Notes: generated from the letters alone by a model not told the origin. DNA of 64,000 nt from Candidatus Latescibacterota bacterium (GCA_965248265.1 CBDFJF010000002.1:1920001-1984000); one strand, 5' to 3'. Counted from the first letter of the stretch, positions 49,594 through 59,584 are shown. Numbers and translations are program-made.

Positions 49594-50385
49594 TCAAATT
49601 GTCCTTCGCGTTCGGCCGTAGACGTAGTGGGGGTCCATCGTTATCCCGCAATCCCATTCGACGGTGCCGTTCGCTACTCGCACCGCTGCGAAATCGTCAT
49701 ACGTGGTGATTTCATCGAAAGTGCCCGTTCTCATCCAGGAATTCATGTCGAGGAGGCCTGTTTCACCGGTGTCGAAAGTGACGACGAGCGAATTGTCCTG
49801 CTTTGGAATGACCTCGGTGACCATTGGACTTGCCTCCGATGTCGATAGACCGGATCCCTGATAGGCCTGTCCGACTTTCCAGCCAGCCAGCCTGAGAATT
49901 CGGTAAACGAAGGCTGTTTTTCCTTCGCTGTATGGACCTCTCCCTGATGGGAACTTGCGGATCAACTCCTTCTTGAGCTCCGCATACTCCTTGTGAGCAT
50001 CATGGTTGGCTCTCAGGTAGTCGCGGAACAGAATCTGGCGCACCCAGAATCCGCCGTGGTCCGTGTAGGCGATGGATAAGTGGAACTGGCGAGGGTTGCT
50101 CTTGGTGTAAAAATGACGCTCGGGCAAGCCGGAATGGGTGGCGGGGACGAATTCATACCCAATTTGCTCCAGGGATTCCGTGAATGCGTCGGCATCTTTC
50201 CAGCTCTGAATCATAACCGCGATATCGATAATCGGATTCGAAGGCATTCCTGCAATAGCCGTGCTCCCGATATGCTGGATTTCCAATGCGGCAGCGCCGA
50301 AGATCCCCTGCAAGTGGCGTTCTTCGGCGTTGTAGTCATCAGTCCAATTCGGCTGATAGGGGGTCAGCTGGGCTTGATTCTCCAT
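49594..50385 (-). CDS. GrpB-family nucleotidyltransferase-like domain fused to a DUF2442-like domain
   Basis: 'QHIGSTAI...PIIDI...FRDYLR...Y..LK...YSEGKT', then 'LVVTFDTGE...F..V....GTVEW...DP..VY'. Confidence 0.75.
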   Translation of the reverse strand: MENQAQLTPYQPNWTDDYNAEERHLQGIFGAAALEIQHIGSTAIAGMPSNPIIDIAVMIQSWKDADAFTESLEQIGYEFVPATHSGLPERHFYTKSNPRQFHLSIAYTDHGGFWVRQILFRDYLRANHDAHKEYAELKKELIRKFPSGRGPYSEGKTAFVYRILRLAGWKVGQAYQGSGLSTSEASPMVTEVIPKQDNSLVVTFDTGETGLLDMNSWMRTGTFDEITTYDDFAAVRVANGTVEWDCGITMDPHYVYGRTRRTI

Positions 50386-50442
50386 TTGAGCCTCACTTTG
50401 GCGTCTCAGTTTGTCGCCTCTCGAATTGTCTCCTCGATGACC

Positions 50443-50923
50443 TCAACGGGAGCCTCTCCACGGTGGCCACATATCGCTGGTCGTCCACTTTTTGAAGCCG
50501 GCGCGTACCAATGCTCCGCCCAGTATGGAACTCGAAAACCAGCAAAGCAGTGCGAAGAAGAGTGCCACCTGTACTGAATACCCTGCGATGCAAACTCCCG
50601 TGAGCCAGACGGCCCACAGGAGGATGATCTCAAACTGGTAGGCCCTGGAGCCTACCCCAATCAGGCGATAGACAACAAGGATGGCCAGGACTGTCAGCAT
50701 GTACATAGGCTTGACAGCGGTACCAATGCTTCCTGTCAATGGGGCAAGGGCGGAGCTCAGGACAGCAAGTGTTACCGCGAGAAGCGTACGCTGCCAGGAC
50801 AGCCACCACGGGAGAGCTGATCTGGGGCAGATCCCACCGCTTGAGTACAAGCGCCGACATCAGTGTGGCAAGCATCGCCATCACCACAAGTGCGGCAGCA
50901 TAGAGGTGAGTTGAAGTCATCAC
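50443..50923 (-). pseudogene. Membrane protein apparently split by a frameshift
   Basis: Hydrophobic N-half in ORF 50630-50923 continues as a hydrophobic C-half in ORF 50443-50850. Confidence 0.45.
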
Positions 50924-50934
50924 AAATGCGACCG

Positions 50935-50975
50935 ACCGGCGACCATCGGGAGCGAACTGCAGCGCCTCGTTATGT
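50935..50975 (-). mobile_element. Truncated attC (R''-L'' half)
   Basis: ACATAAC-GAGGC-GCTGCAGTTCGCTCCC...; the TAA is the stop of 50970-51293; no matching right arm. Confidence 0.6.
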
Positions 50976-51293
50976 AAACATCAATTTTGATTTGACATCA
51001 CCACCGGCTAACTCACCATTCACATAGATGTGACAACCTGTGAGTATTCCAGGCCATTTGCTACCCAGCCTAACCAATATGTCGTACGACTTACCATCTT
51101 TTTCAACGAAGGCCTTATGTTCGCTTCCCATATTTTCCTTAAATCCATCTTCTACATCTTTTCTAACAGAGCTAAGAACCTGGCCATCTACCCATAATGT
51201 CTCCTCAGACGGCATACTAAGAGTATGTTTCCATCTATTTTCGAATTCGATGTGAATCTCTCCATTATCGTACTTCCATAGTTTTCCAGGCAT
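50970..51293 (-). CDS. Hypothetical protein, AT-rich gene cassette
   Basis: RBS AAGGAGG; starts about 25 bp after an attC; stop lies inside the next R''. Confidence 0.75.
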   Translation of the reverse strand: MPGKLWKYDNGEIHIEFENRWKHTLSMPSEETLWVDGQVLSSVRKDVEDGFKENMGSEHKAFVEKDGKSYDILVRLGSKWPGILTGCHIYVNGELAGGDVKSKLMFT

Positions 51294-51317
51294 TCAACCT
51301 CCTTAGCTGGTAGTTAA

Positions 51318-51440
51318 ATAAAACGCAGTGTTCAGCAGCGGACAGAGCCGCCGCTCGACACCTGAATCACGATTCGCTCAGCTGACGCACCGCCCCCCTT
51401 GATTCACTCTCAAACAGCCCGCTGAACACATGTTAGCGAC
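51318..51440 (-). mobile_element. Integron attC site
   Basis: - strand GTCGCTAAC-ATGTGTTCAGCGG ... CCGCTGCTGAACACTGC-GTTTTAT; arms similar to those at 52914-53038. Confidence 0.72.
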
Positions 51441-51610
51441 ATGTAGATTCGCGTACGTTGCGACCGATGCGTATCCTTACGCAGATGGCGCTCCAGGGCG
51501 CCTCCTGTCCGCGGAAAGGGCCGGGCCCACCTGATTGTAGTGCCACGTCAAGTTATAGGACCTTCTTGGTCTGTGCGAGCGGACCCAGGCAACCTCGAGG
51601 AGGTCTCGCC

Positions 51611-52921
51611 ATGTCCGTCATTGAGTTCCCCTTCCGTTTCAGTTTCGAACAAGCCCGCAAACAGGCGAAGGATCTGCAGCGGGACCTGAGGGCCGGTGTC
51701 CCAACTGCGATGGACAGGCTCCGCGCCGTCCATCCAGATGGCGAGCGCACGGCGCCCACAAGACTCTCCGATGCACAACTGGTCATTGCCCGTGAGCACG
51801 GATTCGAGTCGTGGGTGCGGATGAAGAGGTACGCGCAGCCCGAGACAATGTACCAGAACGAGATGATCACCGAAGGCATGAACGAGGTCATCAATGGTCC
51901 TTGGGAAGATCAGTTGGTGATGCTGAACGACTTGGCTTCCGAGGCACTACGTCACTGTGGGATAGAGCCGTCTCGGATGAGCAGAGCCGGCCACATGGGG
52001 AACTTCGGCTTCTCTGACTACGCACTGGCGGTAGTCACTGACGGTTCATCGCCTTCGTATCTGGTCACAGTCCACTACACATATGACGACGTGTTTTCCT
52101 TCGATGAGATGCACAGGCAAGTTGCTTCACTCTGTGCTTGGCTCCACGCGCTGGATCGCGACACCGAACTCGACATCCAAGCCCCTGTACCTGATAGGAC
52201 TGGTGCGCTGTGTCAGCGCATCGACCACAGACCAGACGGCCCAGCAGCAGTATGCACAGTGCAACACTGGGTCAAGGGCCGCGATATCGTGGGCCCGGAG
52301 TGGGATGGCAGAGTCATCAAGCCCGGCGGCTGCTACGGAATAGAGTCCGACGCCGTGCGCAAGATGGGAGTCGTCCTCGCCACGATTCACACACATGGCA
52401 GGACGTGGCCTCGCCCTGATGGATTCAACCGGTTACAGACAGACTGGGTCGAAGACTTGTCCGAGCCCGAAATGAAGTACTGGGATACTGGCAAGCGAGA
52501 TCCAGAAGAAGCACGCATAGTCCGCACAGCCATGGAAGAGGTAGCTCGTTATCGAAAGGACCAAGGCGAACCATGGGGCCTGACGCATGGTGACTACCGC
52601 GTGCCCAATATCGTCGTCGATGGAAGTGAGTACAAGCCTATCGATTTTGACTTCTCGACCTTGAGCCACCAATTCGACGATGTCGGCTTCTTCCTGATTG
52701 ACATGCCTGAGCCGAGGTTGCGAGACGCGTTTCTCAACGGATATGAGTCCGTTTCGCCACAAGCAGCGAGCTTCCAGCGTCTCGTTGAGGGAACGATAAT
52801 CGCAGGGCGGGTCCGTCGTTGTGCCTGGGACTGGGGAGAGCATTTCCCAGAACGTCTCGTGCCGGAAAGTATCAGCTACCTAGCAGGCGAATCGTTCCTC
52901 CTGAGGCCATACTGTCGCTAA
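51611..52921 (+). CDS. APH/homoserine-kinase-type phosphotransferase with an N-terminal 'RKQAK...AREHGF.SW' domain; antisense cassette gene
   Basis: 'THGDYRVPN', 'IDFD'; RBS GAGGAGG; stop TAA lies inside GTCGCTAAC. Confidence 0.75.
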   Translation: MSVIEFPFRFSFEQARKQAKDLQRDLRAGVPTAMDRLRAVHPDGERTAPTRLSDAQLVIAREHGFESWVRMKRYAQPETMYQNEMITEGMNEVINGPWEDQLVMLNDLASEALRHCGIEPSRMSRAGHMGNFGFSDYALAVVTDGSSPSYLVTVHYTYDDVFSFDEMHRQVASLCAWLHALDRDTELDIQAPVPDRTGALCQRIDHRPDGPAAVCTVQHWVKGRDIVGPEWDGRVIKPGGCYGIESDAVRKMGVVLATIHTHGRTWPRPDGFNRLQTDWVEDLSEPEMKYWDTGKRDPEEARIVRTAMEEVARYRKDQGEPWGLTHGDYRVPNIVVDGSEYKPIDFDFSTLSHQFDDVGFFLIDMPEPRLRDAFLNGYESVSPQAASFQRLVEGTIIAGRVRRCAWDWGEHFPERLVPESISYLAGESFLLRPYCR

Positions 52922-53038
52922 CGAAGAGTTCAGCGGGTTGGAGAAACCGTTGAGCCGCGGCAACACTAGACAACGCGGTGCATCGGCAATCGCAATGCGA
53001 ATTCGTAATCGAGACGTCCGCTGAAACTCATGTTATCG
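52914..53038 (-). mobile_element. Integron attC site
   Basis: - strand CGATAAC-ATGAG-TTTCAGCGGAC ... CCCGCTGAAC-TCTTC-GTTAGCG, with an extra unpaired base in L''. Confidence 0.8.
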
Positions 53039-53057
53039 CTTGGTCGCTCTCCGTTCG

Positions 53058-54017
53058 CTACCGTTCGCAATTGTCACCGAGTATCTCCCTGCCGTATCGA
53101 AAGCCCTTCCGCTCTTCGTCCGGATAGCAAAGGCAGCGCAACACGATGGTCTTGAAGTGAGTCAACGATCGCTTCTTCAGGTCTGAGTCAGATCTCGGAT
53201 AGTGCTTGAGCGTGGAGTCAACGAATTGCTCGCCGTAGGACCAGAAGCCATAGAAGTCCTTAGCCGGATCCATGATGCTGACATCTCCCCAGTCGATGAT
53301 GCCCGTCAAGCGTCCGACGGCGGCGTCATGGTAAACGTGCTTGTGCCACATGTCGTCGTGAATGAACATCGCGTCGTAGGGCCGCTGCCGGACTTCGATC
53401 TCCGGAAGCCAGCGCTCGCAAACGGACCGCAGATCCGGAGGGATCACATCTGCTCGTCGCTCAAACCACTCAACCAAAGCTTTAGGCTCATTTGGGTGAA
53501 GTGGGGTCTCCTCCTCAACTCCCAAGGCTGTTGCCCGGCTGACGGGAAAAGAGTGGACCGCACCGAGGAATTCCCCTAGCTCTCGTGCCAGATCTGCTCG
53601 CCTCGCCTGCGAGATTCTGCGGAAACGCCATGGAGATAGCCGAGTGCCTCTCACCGCTTTGTATCCTGCGAAGTCGAGTGAGTCTGGGATGTAGGTGTAG
53701 GTCGGGATCGCTGTGGCGAAAAAACCCTGGATTGCATCCAACACCGCTCTCTCCCGAAGATGCTTCGCGATGTCCTCTATCTCGTTTCCTCTGACAAAGC
53801 GAAACACCAAACCGTTGTCAAGGAGGAACATGACGTGGTCTGAGCCATCCTGGACTCTCCTGTATTTCTTCCACGAGAGCTCTGGAAATGCATCCCTGAT
53901 ACGGCCAAGGAAGGTCTCCGAAGCGATTGCATCTCCGATCTCTGGTCTCCACGTCGATTTTTCAAGAGTCTCCGCCAGCGATGACCTGATTTGCTCGCCA
54001 TATACTTCAACACTCAC
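53058..54017 (-). CDS. Aminoglycoside phosphotransferase (APH) family protein
   Basis: 'GSDH', 'LVFRF', 'FIHDDMWHKH', 'GIIDWGD...DPAKD'; stop about 20 bp before attC. Confidence 0.82.
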   Translation of the reverse strand: MSVEVYGEQIRSSLAETLEKSTWRPEIGDAIASETFLGRIRDAFPELSWKKYRRVQDGSDHVMFLLDNGLVFRFVRGNEIEDIAKHLRERAVLDAIQGFFATAIPTYTYIPDSLDFAGYKAVRGTRLSPWRFRRISQARRADLARELGEFLGAVHSFPVSRATALGVEEETPLHPNEPKALVEWFERRADVIPPDLRSVCERWLPEIEVRQRPYDAMFIHDDMWHKHVYHDAAVGRLTGIIDWGDVSIMDPAKDFYGFWSYGEQFVDSTLKHYPRSDSDLKKRSLTHFKTIVLRCLCYPDEERKGFRYGREILGDNCER

Positions 54018-54382
54018 TGAGAATACTCCGTGCAGTTGCTCGCTACTATGACTGTGGGTGTGCGGTACTTCGATGGCCTACGGCCCGGTCACGATAACGC
54101 AGGGATGACCTGCGAGGAATCACCGCTCGCCTCCGGTCCCCTGCCATAGCCAAACGTAAGCCCCAGTCCGTGAACCCCGTCAATAGGTCAGGTCCATCCC
54201 ATGTTATGCAGGACCGATGAGTTCTCAGGCTGGCAACGCCCGTTGCCAACCGAGGAACAGAGCCTCTGAGCGCCCAGTTCTCCCTCCCTTCGCGACGACC
54301 GCTCAAGTGGAGGGCCCATGTCCCCAGGCCTAGATCTGGGCACTGGCTCGCAGGCTGCGGGGCTCTAACTTATGGCCTGTGC

Positions 54383-55651
54383 GTGGCGCTGGTGTGGGCC
54401 GTTCGGTCCGACACCACCACGATTCAAGTCCGTCGCACCGCCTCGACCCCTGTGACGATCCTCGGACTCACTACGAAGGAGCTGCTCATGTCCATCGCAG
54501 GCATCGCTGTGATCGTATCCCTGCTCGGGATCATCTCGGCTCGCCAGTCGAGCTCCACCGAACCGGAGCCCCCATCCCAGGCGCGCGTGCGCCTGGCCAC
54601 GCCCGAACAGCTGGCGGCCCTGCAGCTGGCTATGTCGAACAGAGAGCAAACAATGTCGCAGAGCGGACGCCGTGTCCTGCTGGACCACGAGCCAGGGGGT
54701 GGCGGCATCTCCGGCTGCCTGGCTCCCGCCCTGCGGACCGTCGGCATCGACTGGTCGACGGAGCGATATCAGGGCTTCCTGGGATTCTCCTACGACTTCA
54801 GCATGACAGAGGAAGGCGGCTTTTTCTGGCAAGGCACCGCGCTGCAGTGGAGCATCTTCTGGCCCATGCTGGACCATCTGCCGGTCAAGAGAATCGAGGC
54901 AACGCTGAAAGGCCCGAACGACACGCCTGAAAAGCACCAGGCCGCCAAGCGGCGCGGTTGGGACGCTGTGCGCGAGGAGCTCGACGCCGGCCGTCTGGCT
55001 ATCGTGTGGTCGCCGATGACAGCCGAACAGCGTTGGGCCGAAGAGCCACAAGGGCCTCTGCCCTGGATGTGGAGCCTCATCGTCGGCTACGACGACGACG
55101 CCGGTACCATCACGGTGCGTCACGACCACGCCGGCGAGTCCACGATCCGCTTTGATGAGCTGGGTCACGCCGACCCGTCCGGCTACTTCTGCGTAATGAT
55201 CCTGGATGCACCCGCCGAGCCCATGGACGAGTTGGCCGCGAACCGCCAGTCGCTACAGCTCGCCCTGGCGGCGTCTCGGGGGAAGTACCCGGGTTCACAG
55301 GAACCTGCCACCCATGGCCTGGCAGCGTACGAGGTGTGGCGCGCCGCGCTGCAGGCAGGCACCGGAGCGGAACAGCACGTCCCCTACCACGCCACCTACC
55401 TGACCCACAGGCGCGAAGAGGCGACGCGTTATCTGGCTCAGGTTGAGCACGTCTTCCCCGAGGCGGCACGGTCTCACGTACGCGCAGCGGCACAGCACTA
55501 CCGCGCAGAGGTCGACGCCATGAAGAAACTGCGGGAGATGTTCGAGGGTGGCGCTGCCGACCAGAAAGAGGGAGCAGCTCTGGTCAACAAAGCGCTTGAG
55601 CACGAACGTGCAGCGCTTGCCGAGATCCAGCGGGCTCTTGATGCCTCGTAG
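54383..55651 (+). CDS. Hypothetical protein, possibly BtrH-N/C39 peptidase-like fold (start uncertain)
   Basis: Long ORF with TM helix; 'ELDAGRLAIVW', 'WSLIVGYDD', 'HGLAAYEVW'. Confidence 0.55.
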   Translation: MALVWAVRSDTTTIQVRRTASTPVTILGLTTKELLMSIAGIAVIVSLLGIISARQSSSTEPEPPSQARVRLATPEQLAALQLAMSNREQTMSQSGRRVLLDHEPGGGGISGCLAPALRTVGIDWSTERYQGFLGFSYDFSMTEEGGFFWQGTALQWSIFWPMLDHLPVKRIEATLKGPNDTPEKHQAAKRRGWDAVREELDAGRLAIVWSPMTAEQRWAEEPQGPLPWMWSLIVGYDDDAGTITVRHDHAGESTIRFDELGHADPSGYFCVMILDAPAEPMDELAANRQSLQLALAASRGKYPGSQEPATHGLAAYEVWRAALQAGTGAEQHVPYHATYLTHRREEATRYLAQVEHVFPEAARSHVRAAAQHYRAEVDAMKKLREMFEGGAADQKEGAALVNKALEHERAALAEIQRALDAS

Positions 55652-55675
55652 AGCTACTGCCTCCGTCAACCAATG

Positions 55676-55695
55676 CCATAACAATTCATTATGCG
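55676..55695 (-). mobile_element. Candidate attI-like simple site
   Basis: - strand CGCATAAT-GAATT-GTTATGG: GTTRRRY-like R box with degenerate L box, oriented toward the attC array. Confidence 0.35.
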
Positions 55696-56379
55696 CCACG
55701 ACGCATTTGCCGGCCAATCACCTCGTTTAGAGCCTTTGCACCCAAACGGGCAATCTTTTCAACTATTGGCCCCGCAGCCTTAACTCCTTCCAGCACAATG
55801 ACCATCGCGCACCACCCCAAAGTATAGCGGTTCGCATATCCGAGTATTCTCGGGCATTCCGTGACGGGCGCATACACGGCGATCCCAATAATCGGGACGC
55901 GTTTGGCCTGTATTACCTGGATATGTGGCGGGACAGATAACAAAGTATCCTCGCCACGCCCCCCTCCGTACTTCTACGGAGTACTGCAGAAACAGAAAAC
56001 GCCCGGACCATGTTCTGCGGTCTCGGGCGATTGTTCATGCGTCGACTCCTGTTCAACAGTGAAGCGAAAGGCGTTACAGCGTACTCATCTTGCGGATCTC
56101 AACTCGCTGCTGCGGCCTGGAGCCTGTAGGGGAAGATTGTAGCCCATCTGCTTGGGTGAATCAACCCGCAAAGCCAGCACAGGCGGCTCAAGCAATCGCG
56201 GCGCCTTCCAGCGGTGTGGCCGCCGAGCTGGCAATCTGCTCGTGGTATCCTCCTCGCCCAGCTTGCCCTGGGCTTTGCCGCGGGCGCAAGCCTTGTTATT
56301 GCGGTCTGGGCCATGGTTTCGTAGCCTGCTTTCGGCAGATTAGAGTCGTCACGAACGGCCAGCGAGTGATATGGCGAGA

Positions 56380-57128
56380 ATGAAGAGACGTGGTGCCCTC
56401 AGCCTTCTACTACTGTGTGGGATGGCTGCAGCCGAGCCTGGCGACAGTCCACCCACTATCCTGTTCTTCGGGGACAGCTTGACGGCGGGCTACGGCGTCG
56501 AGAAGACGCAGGCCTATCCGGCCCTGATTCAGGGTCGCATCGATTCGCTCGGTTGGGACTTCCGCGTGGTCAACGCCGGATTGGACGGCGAGACTACCGC
56601 TGCGGGTCTGCGGCGCTTAGACTGGATCCTGCGGCGACCGGTGGATGTGTTCGTACTCGAGCTGGGGGGCAACGACGGGTTGCGGGGGTTGCCGTTGGCG
56701 CAGACGGAGACGAACCTGCAGCAGATCCTCGATCGCGTCCTGAAGAAGAGTGCCGACACCGAGCTGGTGATAGCCGGGATGCAGCTGCCCCCCAATCTGG
56801 GCCCCGACTACACGTCACAGTTCCGCGCCATCTTCCCACGCCTTGCGACACGCAACAAAGCCGCTCTGATCCCATTCCTGCTGGAGGGTGTAGGGGGGTG
56901 GACGGGCTCATGCTGCCCGACGGCATCCACCCCAACCCGGCGGGACACCGACGCGTTGCTGACGTCGTGTGGGCGGCGCTGGAACCGGTGCTGCAGCGTC
57001 TTCGTGCCACCAGCGCTGACTCACTCGGCGCGGCGCAGGACCTCGAGGGGCGGCGCGGCCTGGATGCCGCGGCTGCTGGTGAGTCCGACCAGCACGGTGA
57101 TGAGGGGGATGGCGACACCGGCCAGTAG
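56380..57128 (+). pseudogene. tesA: TesA-like SGNH/GDSL arylesterase with a 1-nt frameshift in a G run
   Basis: GDSL, NAG, LGGND in one frame; catalytic 'PDGIHPN' in another; break at GTAGGGGGGTGGAC (about 56893-56898). Confidence 0.8.
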
Positions 57129-59567
57129 CAACGCCGGCCACGACGGGGCGAAGGTGATCTCGAACACGAACCGCGCAAGGGCCCAGCCGCCACCGAGCGC
57201 CAGCAGCAACCCGGCAAGTCCGGCGAGACTTCCCAGCAGCAGGTATTCCACCAGCAGAATGCGTCCCACCTGACGTCGGCTGGCGCCCAGAGTCCGCAGC
57301 AGGGCGCTCTCGCGCAGGCGCTGGAAACGACTGCCGGCGATCACGGCGACGAGGACGCACAGGCCGGTGCCCACACTGAACACGGATACCAGGCGCACGA
57401 CGACGGACACCTTGTCGAGCACCTGGTCCACTGTCCGCAGCACGAGATCGAGGTCGATGACGGAGACGTTCGGGAACTGACGCACCGTCCGTCGCTGCAA
57501 CGCGGCCCGTGTCTGGCCGTCGTCGGCACGGGTGACCAGAACATGAAACTGCGGGGCCTGCTCGAGCGCCCCTGCCGGGAAGACGACGAGGAAATTGGGC
57601 ATGATGCGTTGCCAGTCGACGGTGCGCAGGCTGCCGACGACGACGTCGATGGGCACACCCTCGACATCGAAAACCAGAGAATCCCCGATGCCGACGTCGA
57701 GGGCAGCAGCCACACCGACTTCCAATGATACTAACACCGTGTCCGCGACCACGCCGCGCCACTGGCCTTCGGCGATCTGCTCGGTTTCCGTCGTATGGTC
57801 GCGATAAGTGGAGCGGTACTGGCGTCGCAGGGCCCAGCTTCCTCGACGCTTCTTTCCGATAATGTCATCGACAGCAACGCCCTTCACCCGGGCCACGCGC
57901 ATCGGTACGACCGGTACCTGCTGGATGACCGGCATATTCATACTAGCCACCAGTTCGGCGACCGCTTCACTCTGATCAACCTGGATGTCGAACAGGACCA
58001 TATTGGGCTGGTCGCCCCCGCTGACGCTGTTGATGTGAGCGATGATGGAGCTCTGCGCCGTGTAGAGGGTGATGACGAGGAACGTTCCCAGGCCGAGGCT
58101 GACGAGCAGCAGGAGCGTCTGGTTGTGTGGCCGGTAGAGATTGGCCAGCCCCTGACGCCACAGATAGCTCCATCCGGTCGGGAAGAAACGCCGCGCGCCG
58201 GCACGCAGCAGCCGGGCGGCGCCGGTGAGCAGGCACATGGCCAGCAGCGTGCCGCCGGTGAAGTAGAAGGCATGGTCGGACCGGCCGGTGAGGACGTGGG
58301 CCAGCAGGTAGGTCCCTCCGCCGGCGAGCAGGGCCAGCAGCACGCGCAGGAGGAGATCACCGCGGTGCGTGCCGCTCTCGTAATCAGCGCGCAGCGCCAG
58401 CAGCGGTGAGACGCGGCGCACGGCCAGCAACGGCAGGGAGGCGAACAGCAGAGAGATGGCCGCGCCCACTCCCACGCCTTCGACGACCGACAGGGGTGAC
58501 AGCACGGCCTGCACGTCCCCGAGTTGTTGTGGCAGGAAGTCGGCGAGCAACCCGGGCAGCCACCAGACGAAGCTGAGCCCCGCGAGGGCGCCGGCAAGCG
58601 AACCGCTGACCCCCATGGCAGCGGCCTGGACCAGGTAGATGAGCAGGGTCTGGCGCGCGATGGCGCCGAGGCTGCGCAGGATGGCGACGGTCTCCAGCTT
58701 CTGCTGTACGTGAGCATGCACGGCGCTGGCCACGCCCACGGCACCCAGGAGTAGGGCAACGAAGCTGCCGAGGCCGAGGAAGCGGTAGAGGTTGCCCAGC
58801 GTCCGGCCGAGGCGGCGCTTGCGGTCGGCGATGGTGTCGGCGTCAGCACCCAGGCTATCGAGACGGGCGTCCAGCGATGAGGCCAGCTCATCGACGTCAC
58901 GGCCGTCCTCGAACTGGAAATACACCTTGTATTCGACAATGCTGCCGGCCTGGATCAGGCGCGTCTGTTCGATGGTGCGATAGGGAATGAAGACGACGGG
59001 CCTCACGTCAGTGCGCAGCGCGGTCTCTCCAGGCAGGTGCAGCAGACGTCCACCGATGCGGACATCTAATTGCCCGACGCGCAGGGTGTCGCCGACCTGG
59101 GCGCCGAACTGTAGCATCAGGCCATCATCGACGAGCGCCTCGCCGTCTTGCGACCAGGTGCGTGCCGCGGCCGCCGGGTCCGTGCCAAGCTCGCCGTAGA
59201 AGGGGAAGCCGCCTTCGAGTGCACGCACCTGAGCGAGCCTGGTACCACCGCTGGCCGGGAAGGCGATCATGGAAAGGAGCTCCACCATGCGCGCCTGCCG
59301 GCCAGCGAGCGAATCGATGAGTGCCAGCGTTTCCGCCTTGAAGGGCTCGCGGCTCTCGATCTCCATGTCGGCCCCCAGCAGGGTCGCGGCATGCTCGTCG
59401 ACAGCGTGTTCCATCGTCCGCGACAGTCCGCGCAGGCCGGTGAGGGCGGCGATGCCGACGGCGATGGCACTGGTGTAGAGCAACAGCCGCCACCGCCGCC
59501 CGCGGCTGTCGCGCCAGGCCATGCGCAGGGGCCATGGTATCAGGGCCGGCATCAGGGCACGCGGCAT
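57021..59567 (-). CDS. ybbP: YbbP-like FtsX/MacB-family ABC permease
   Basis: 'MAWRDSR', 'LLGAD', 'FPFYG', 'LFDIQ', 'SLRTVDW...PNF', 'LRTLGA'. Confidence 0.85.
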   Translation of the reverse strand: MPRALMPALIPWPLRMAWRDSRGRRWRLLLYTSAIAVGIAALTGLRGLSRTMEHAVDEHAATLLGADMEIESREPFKAETLALIDSLAGRQARMVELLSMIAFPASGGTRLAQVRALEGGFPFYGELGTDPAAAARTWSQDGEALVDDGLMLQFGAQVGDTLRVGQLDVRIGGRLLHLPGETALRTDVRPVVFIPYRTIEQTRLIQAGSIVEYKVYFQFEDGRDVDELASSLDARLDSLGADADTIADRKRRLGRTLGNLYRFLGLGSFVALLLGAVGVASAVHAHVQQKLETVAILRSLGAIARQTLLIYLVQAAAMGVSGSLAGALAGLSFVWWLPGLLADFLPQQLGDVQAVLSPLSVVEGVGVGAAISLLFASLPLLAVRRVSPLLALRADYESGTHRGDLLLRVLLALLAGGGTYLLAHVLTGRSDHAFYFTGGTLLAMCLLTGAARLLRAGARRFFPTGWSYLWRQGLANLYRPHNQTLLLLVSLGLGTFLVITLYTAQSSIIAHINSVSGGDQPNMVLFDIQVDQSEAVAELVASMNMPVIQQVPVVPMRVARVKGVAVDDIIGKKRRGSWALRRQYRSTYRDHTTETEQIAEGQWRGVVADTVLVSLEVGVAAALDVGIGDSLVFDVEGVPIDVVVGSLRTVDWQRIMPNFLVVFPAGALEQAPQFHVLVTRADDGQTRAALQRRTVRQFPNVSVIDLDLVLRTVDQVLDKVSVVVRLVSVFSVGTGLCVLVAVIAGSRFQRLRESALLRTLGASRRQVGRILLVEYLLLGSLAGLAGLLLALGGGWALARFVFEITFAPSWPALLLAGVAIPLITVLVGLTSSRGIQAAPPLEVLRRAE

Positions 59568-59584
59568 CAGGACTGGGTGTCCTC
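59497..59584. repeat. Direct repeat copy A of the ATPase-stop/permease-start junction
   Basis: Matches 60294-60396 apart from one 15-bp unit and a few substitutions. Confidence 0.9.

Noticed and set aside
54140-54380. Expected attC between the APH gene and the 54383-55651 ORF
   Set aside because: GTTATGC and CTTATGG cores are present, but no convincing paired L boxes were found.
55700-56370. Integron integrase or remnant; tRNA 3'-end-like TGGAGCC...GGGG at about 56118
   Set aside because: No tyrosine recombinase motifs in any listed frame; no TTCGA T-loop at the tRNA-like string.
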